Part shown: piece after piece, positions 59,570 to 64,000 of the stretch
How positions within the stretch are numbered: the stretch's first letter is position 1
Layout: the number at the start of each line of letters is the position of its first letter
Source of the DNA: a bacterium
GTDB lineage: Bacteria; UBA8248
DNA: 64,000 bases
Assembly (NCBI GenBank): GCA_965221165.1
Contig: CBDCRP010000002.1
Location: 1,280,001 to 1,344,000 of the forward strand
Direction: 5' to 3'
Program-made: the position numbers and the translations under genes
Notes under the pieces: model-generated
Database searches by the model: none
What the model was told of the DNA's origin: nothing
What the model saw: the letters and a program-made list of their open reading frames with translations, nothing else

Positions 59570-60943
59570 ATGGCCATGAATGCCCTTACCTTCCATCAGA
59601 ACGAGGCCGTGCACGAAGCGCGCGTGGAAAGCATCGCCACGGGCGGGGCAGGCGTCGCGCACCTGAGTGGCCGCGCCGTATTCATTCCCAAAACGGCCCC
59701 CGGAGACACTATCCACTTCCGAATCGTAAAGGACAAGGGGAAGTATCTGCTCGGCGAACTCGCGAAAATCATCCAGGCGGGCCCGGCCCGAACCCCGCCC
59801 CCATGCGCCCACTGGAGCGACTGCGGGGGATGCGCTCTGCAACACATGGGGACCCGAGCCCAGCTAGAGGCCAAGAAACGAATTTTTCTCGACACTCTCG
59901 CGCGCATCGGGAAAATCGAACTGGGCGTTCCCGTACAAACCGTCGCGCTTCCCGGGAACGAGAACCGCTACCGCATGCGCGCGCGATTTCAGATACGAGG
60001 TTCCGAAATCGGCTTTTTCGCCCCGGGAGAGCGGCGTCTCGTCGCGGTCGAAAACTGCCTGCTGGTCGAGTCGCCCATCGTGAACGCCCTCCACCAGATC
60101 AGACATCTGCTCCAGGCGGAGCCCAGGACGAGGAAAGTCGAAGCCGTGGAAATGACCTCCTTAAACTCGGTGGATGAGGCGTCCGTGGGCCTCTACCTTC
60201 ATCCTTTGGGGCATCGCGACAGAGAAAAGCGAAAAATCGACCGCGCAGCCCTCGATGCGTGGCGGAAATTCGCGGGGGAAAACCATTTCCCCCTCGCCGC
60301 CGCCGGTGGACGAGGACCCGGGGAACCGGCTCCATGGTACGCGCAATATCGACCGGACGAGGGGCATCCGGATTTATGCCTAAGCGTATCGCCCGAGTCC
60401 TTCATTCAGCCGAACCGGGCGCTCAACCAGATTCTCGTGAAGAACCTGATCGAAGAATCAGGCTTGAACAGGGAGGCCTGCGTTTTGGACCTCTACAGCG
60501 GAGCGGGGAATTTCTCCTGCTCCCTGGCATCAAGAGCCAAATACGTTCTGGGGGTCGAGGAAAACCCCTACGCCGTCGCCGACGCCAGGCTCAACCGGGA
60601 GAAAAACCGGCTCGACAACGTGGATTTTCTGGTGCAAACCGCTCAAAGGCTCACGGAAGAAGAAGTCGTCTCGAAACTCGGTGGCGAGACGCCCGACCTG
60701 GTCGTGCTCGACCCGCCCAGAAAAGGCGCGCTCGACGCCATACCCTTGATTCTGGGACTAAAGCCGGCGCGGGTCGCCTACGTCTCCTGCAACCCGGCCA
60801 CTTTCGCCCGCGACGCCCGCGAACTCGCGGTGAGCGGCTATCGCGCGCAAGCCGCGCAGGTGTTCGACATGTTCCCCCACACCGCCCATCTGGAAATACT
60901 CACGTCGTGGATTCGGGAGGATGCTCCCGACTCCATCCCATGA
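59570..60943 (+). CDS. rlmD: 23S rRNA m5U methyltransferase RlmD family
   Basis: TRAM domain, CxxxxxCGGC [4Fe-4S], LDLYSGAG, DPPRKG, YVSCNPAT, DMFPHT.H.E. Confidence 0.93.
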   Translation: MAMNALTFHQNEAVHEARVESIATGGAGVAHLSGRAVFIPKTAPGDTIHFRIVKDKGKYLLGELAKIIQAGPARTPPPCAHWSDCGGCALQHMGTRAQLEAKKRIFLDTLARIGKIELGVPVQTVALPGNENRYRMRARFQIRGSEIGFFAPGERRLVAVENCLLVESPIVNALHQIRHLLQAEPRTRKVEAVEMTSLNSVDEASVGLYLHPLGHRDREKRKIDRAALDAWRKFAGENHFPLAAAGGRGPGEPAPWYAQYRPDEGHPDLCLSVSPESFIQPNRALNQILVKNLIEESGLNREACVLDLYSGAGNFSCSLASRAKYVLGVEENPYAVADARLNREKNRLDNVDFLVQTAQRLTEEEVVSKLGGETPDLVVLDPPRKGALDAIPLILGLKPARVAYVSCNPATFARDARELAVSGYRAQAAQVFDMFPHTAHLEILTSWIREDAPDSIP

Positions 60944-60964
60944 TTCGCAAAAGGGAGGTCACGC

Positions 60965-61582
60965 ATGTTCCTCACGCGCAGACAAAGAGAAATTTATGAG
61001 TACATCAAGGAGTTCATCGGGATAAACGGCTATGCGCCGTCCATCGTGGAGATCGGCAAACACTTTCACCTCACCTCGCCCGCCACGGTGCACAAGCACT
61101 TGCAAAACATCGCGGAAAAAGGCCTCATCAAGAGAAGCTGGAACAGAAGCCGGGCCATAGAACTCGTCCCCGGGTCGGACACCATCGGCGCGAGCGCCGA
61201 ACCGGTGCGGGCGGAACTTCCCCTGCGCGGCATGATCGCGGCGGGAATGCCGCTCGAGGCGATAGAGGATACGGAAACCATACCCCTACCCTGGTCGTCG
61301 GGAGACGGCAATCTCTACGTCCTGAAAGTGAAGGGCGATTCGATGATCGAAGACCACATCCAGGACGGGGACTACGTGATCGTGGAGAGCCGGACCAGCG
61401 CGCTGAACGGCGAAACCGTGGTGGCGCTCGTAAACGGAGAGTCCGCCACTCTCAAGCGATTCTACAGAGAGGGCGCGCAAATCCGGCTCCAGCCCGCGAA
61501 CGAGGCAATGGAACCCATTATGGTGCGTGAAGAGGACCTGGGCATTCAGGGCGTCGTCGTGGGTGTGCTCAGAAAGTACTGA
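60965..61582 (+). CDS. lexA: SOS repressor LexA
   Basis: LTRRQ..I..., GYAPS, AAG cleavage site, GDSM Ser, TLKR Lys. Confidence 0.97.
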   Translation: MFLTRRQREIYEYIKEFIGINGYAPSIVEIGKHFHLTSPATVHKHLQNIAEKGLIKRSWNRSRAIELVPGSDTIGASAEPVRAELPLRGMIAAGMPLEAIEDTETIPLPWSSGDGNLYVLKVKGDSMIEDHIQDGDYVIVESRTSALNGETVVALVNGESATLKRFYREGAQIRLQPANEAMEPIMVREEDLGIQGVVVGVLRKY

Positions 61583-61610
61583 CGCCGCGCTTGCGAACAG
61601 AGGGATGCGC

Positions 61611-62834
61611 ATGGAGCAACGCTTACGCGAAGAAACGCCGGAATCGACGCCCGAGGGCCGGCTCATCGCGCACGTGGACATGGACGCTTTTTTCGTGTCC
61701 GTGGAGCGCATGGACCGACCCGACCTCGAGGACAAGCCGGTGGTCGTGGGCGGCAGCGTGGGACGGCGCGGCGTGGTCTCCGCGGCTTCTTATGAGGCGA
61801 GAGCGTTCGGCGTTCACTCGGCCATGCCGGTGGCCCGCGCCCGCGCGCTGTGCCCCCACGCCGTCTACATACAGGCGAACCACAAGAAATACGGGGAAGC
61901 TTCGAAGCGGGTGATGAAGGTGCTCGGAGGTTTCACGCCCGCGGTGCAGGCCGTCTCCGTGGACGAGGCGTATCTCGATTTGAGCGGAACCGAACGCCTC
62001 CACGGACCCCCGCTCCGGACGGCAGCTAGAATCAGGGAAGCGGTTCTGAGTGAGACGAACTGCTCGGCCTCCATCGGGCTGGCGTCGAGCCGCCTGGTGT
62101 CTAAAATCGCGTCCGCGCTCTCGAAACCCGCCGGCATCCTGCGCGTCTACCCGGGCGGGGAGGAGGCCTTTTTGCGTCCCCTGGCGGTGAGCAAAATCCC
62201 CGGCGTGGGCAAGGTGATGGTCCAGAAACTAAAGCGCCTGGGCATCTGGAGCATCGGCGACCTCGGCGCACAATCCCTGCCATTTTTAGAGGCGCAGTTC
62301 AAGAACGCAGGTCCCGATCTCTACCGCAAGGCGAGGGGGCTCGATGATTCCGAACTCGTGCTCGATAGCCGCCCCAAGAGCATCGGCAAGGAAACCACCT
62401 TCGAAGAAGACACCGCAGAGCCCGCGAAGCTGGAAGCCATACTCACGGGCCTGGCCGAAGAAGCGAGCGCGCGCGTGCGCCGCCGTGGCTTGTGCGCGAG
62501 GCATATAACCCTCAAAATCCGCTTTTCCGATTTCACGACGCTCACGCGCTCGTTCACCCTCGAAAAACCCACCCACCTGGACAAGGAAATCATCGAACCC
62601 GCACTCGACCTGCTGCGGCGCGCGCACGGGAAAGAGGGGAAAAACCGGAAATTCCGCCTGCTGGGGGTCTACCTATCCGGGCTGGATGAGGCGCGCGCGC
62701 AGCCGCTGCTGTTCGAGGATCGGGACCGCGAGAAGGAGGAGCGCCTCGTGGAGAGTCTCGATGAGATTCGCGAGCGCTTCGGCCACGAGGCCGTCTTCGC
62801 GCGCAAGAGCGTGGAGAGAATCAAGAAACCCTAG
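61611..62834 (+). CDS. dinB: DNA polymerase IV
   Basis: HVDMDAFF, SYEAR.FGV.SAM, SVDEAY, KP.G, IPGVG. Confidence 0.96.
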   Translation: MEQRLREETPESTPEGRLIAHVDMDAFFVSVERMDRPDLEDKPVVVGGSVGRRGVVSAASYEARAFGVHSAMPVARARALCPHAVYIQANHKKYGEASKRVMKVLGGFTPAVQAVSVDEAYLDLSGTERLHGPPLRTAARIREAVLSETNCSASIGLASSRLVSKIASALSKPAGILRVYPGGEEAFLRPLAVSKIPGVGKVMVQKLKRLGIWSIGDLGAQSLPFLEAQFKNAGPDLYRKARGLDDSELVLDSRPKSIGKETTFEEDTAEPAKLEAILTGLAEEASARVRRRGLCARHITLKIRFSDFTTLTRSFTLEKPTHLDKEIIEPALDLLRRAHGKEGKNRKFRLLGVYLSGLDEARAQPLLFEDRDREKEERLVESLDEIRERFGHEAVFARKSVERIKKP

Positions 62835-63745
62835 AGTCGGCTCAGGATCAGAATCGTTCCCACGACCGTCATCACCGCGCCCAGCACGAGCCTGCCCGTG
62901 ATGTTTTCACTATCCCGCAGGAACAGGTGCGAAACCATGATCACCAGAAGCGGCTGAACCGACGTGATGGAGGTGACGCCCACCGCATAGGTGCGCGCCA
63001 TGGCGTTGCTGAACGAGGGCACCGCTATCGTCTGGAAGACGGCGGCGATGAGCATCCACTTCCAGCTCGCCCGGGGGATTTTTCCTTCCGTCTCCTTGTG
63101 TGCGAAGCCGACCGCCAGCACCCAGGCGAAGGCGAGCCCTATCCAGATGAGCAGCGCCGAGGCGGCCAGGGCGTTCATGTCGAGCGTGATGCTCCTCACC
63201 ATGACGCCCGACACGCTCCAGTTCAGCGTGGTCAGGCCCGCCGAGATGTAGCCCTTGACGATACTCTTTCGCGTGAGGCCCATCTCGGGGTTCGCCTGCG
63301 CAGGCTCGGAGCGCACCACTATGGTGATCCCCAGGACCAGGAACAAGAGCCCCAGGATGATGGGAACCGTGAACGGCTCGCCCAGGAATATGGTGGCCAA
63401 CAGCGCGGTGACGGCGGGCGTGCTCGCCGCGATGGGAATCGTGCGGCTCGGCCCGATGCGCCTGATGGCGTAATAGTAGGTGAGCCTTGAAACCGTGATC
63501 ATGAAAAAGCCGGTGATCGGCAGCAGGATCCAGGTGCTCGTCGACCCTGGCTGAAAGGCTGAAGCCGGCAGGGTGAAGAAGATCAGCACGGCGACGAATA
63601 CGCCGTTCAGGGTGGAGATGGCGGCGGTCGTTCTCAAGAGCGGCGCGTTCTTCATCGCCAGGCGCACGCAAAAAGACAGGCTCGTCCAGCTCAGGAGCGC
63701 CGAGGCGGCGAACAGCAGACCCACGACATGGGTGGATAGATTCAT
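62831..63745 (-). CDS. DMT/EamA family transporter
   Basis: Two EamA repeats, about 10 TM segments, FLGE. Confidence 0.88.
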   Translation of the reverse strand: MNLSTHVVGLLFAASALLSWTSLSFCVRLAMKNAPLLRTTAAISTLNGVFVAVLIFFTLPASAFQPGSTSTWILLPITGFFMITVSRLTYYYAIRRIGPSRTIPIAASTPAVTALLATIFLGEPFTVPIILGLLFLVLGITIVVRSEPAQANPEMGLTRKSIVKGYISAGLTTLNWSVSGVMVRSITLDMNALAASALLIWIGLAFAWVLAVGFAHKETEGKIPRASWKWMLIAAVFQTIAVPSFSNAMARTYAVGVTSITSVQPLLVIMVSHLFLRDSENITGRLVLGAVMTVVGTILILSRL

Positions 63746-63786
63746 AACCGCTTTCTAGGAGTTCGTAAAATTTACTGAAAAACCAG

Positions 63787-63999
63787 CTATTCGGGCCGCT
63801 TCAGCGTCCAGTTATCCGTGACGGACGTCGCCGCGCTCATGAACAGATACAAGATGCACCCCGCGCGAAACTTCGCCTTCACCTCCTCGAGTTCCTCCGC
63901 AGAGCCCGTGGAGGTCACGCGGACCTCCAGATCCACGCCGGTGACGCCTCCATTTTCCGCACCCGGATCGCCGGGAGCGAAACGCTCCATCGTGAGCCG
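63787..63999 (-). CDS. 3' part of a possible OsmC-like protein (5' end outside window)
   Basis: ...VDLEVRV.S..S.EEL......GC.L pattern resembles the OsmC/Ohr C-terminus. Confidence 0.45.
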   Translation of the reverse strand, partial: RLTMERFAPGDPGAENGGVTGVDLEVRVTSTGSAEELEEVKAKFRAGCILYLFMSAATSVTDNWTLKRPE

Positions 64000-64000
64000 C

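Overview
GC-rich bacterial chromosomal segment dominated by solute uptake and catabolism. It encodes three TAXI-type TRAP systems, a tripartite tricarboxylate transporter, a LIV-type ABC system, an Na+/solute symporter, MFS, DMT and TauE transporters, several amidohydrolases, a hydantoinase/oxoprolinase A-B pair with a class III aminotransferase, and CoA-ligase/crotonase/PrpD genes. It also carries hipBA with four phased operators, an exported msrA and an rlmD-lexA-dinB cluster. Intergenic regions hold many gene remnants (IS1595 x2, Y1/RAYT transposase, tctC, DsrE, ankyrin, enolase-family, msrA-like), which suggests gene erosion, possibly in a host-associated lineage (inference). The most interesting locus is about 50.0-59.0 kb. 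There a probable amidohydrolase-fold dinuclear oxygenase plus Rieske ferredoxin lies divergent from a tandem pair of paralogous unknown His-rich helical proteins that head a TRAP operon, followed by a single-chain triple-RidA protein. Other points of note: a crotonase with an in-frame TGA at a conserved Cys followed by a SECIS-like hairpin, and a hipA whose coupled start codon appears to be ATA. No rRNA, tRNA or CRISPR array was recognised. All calls come from visual motif recognition; no database searches were run.
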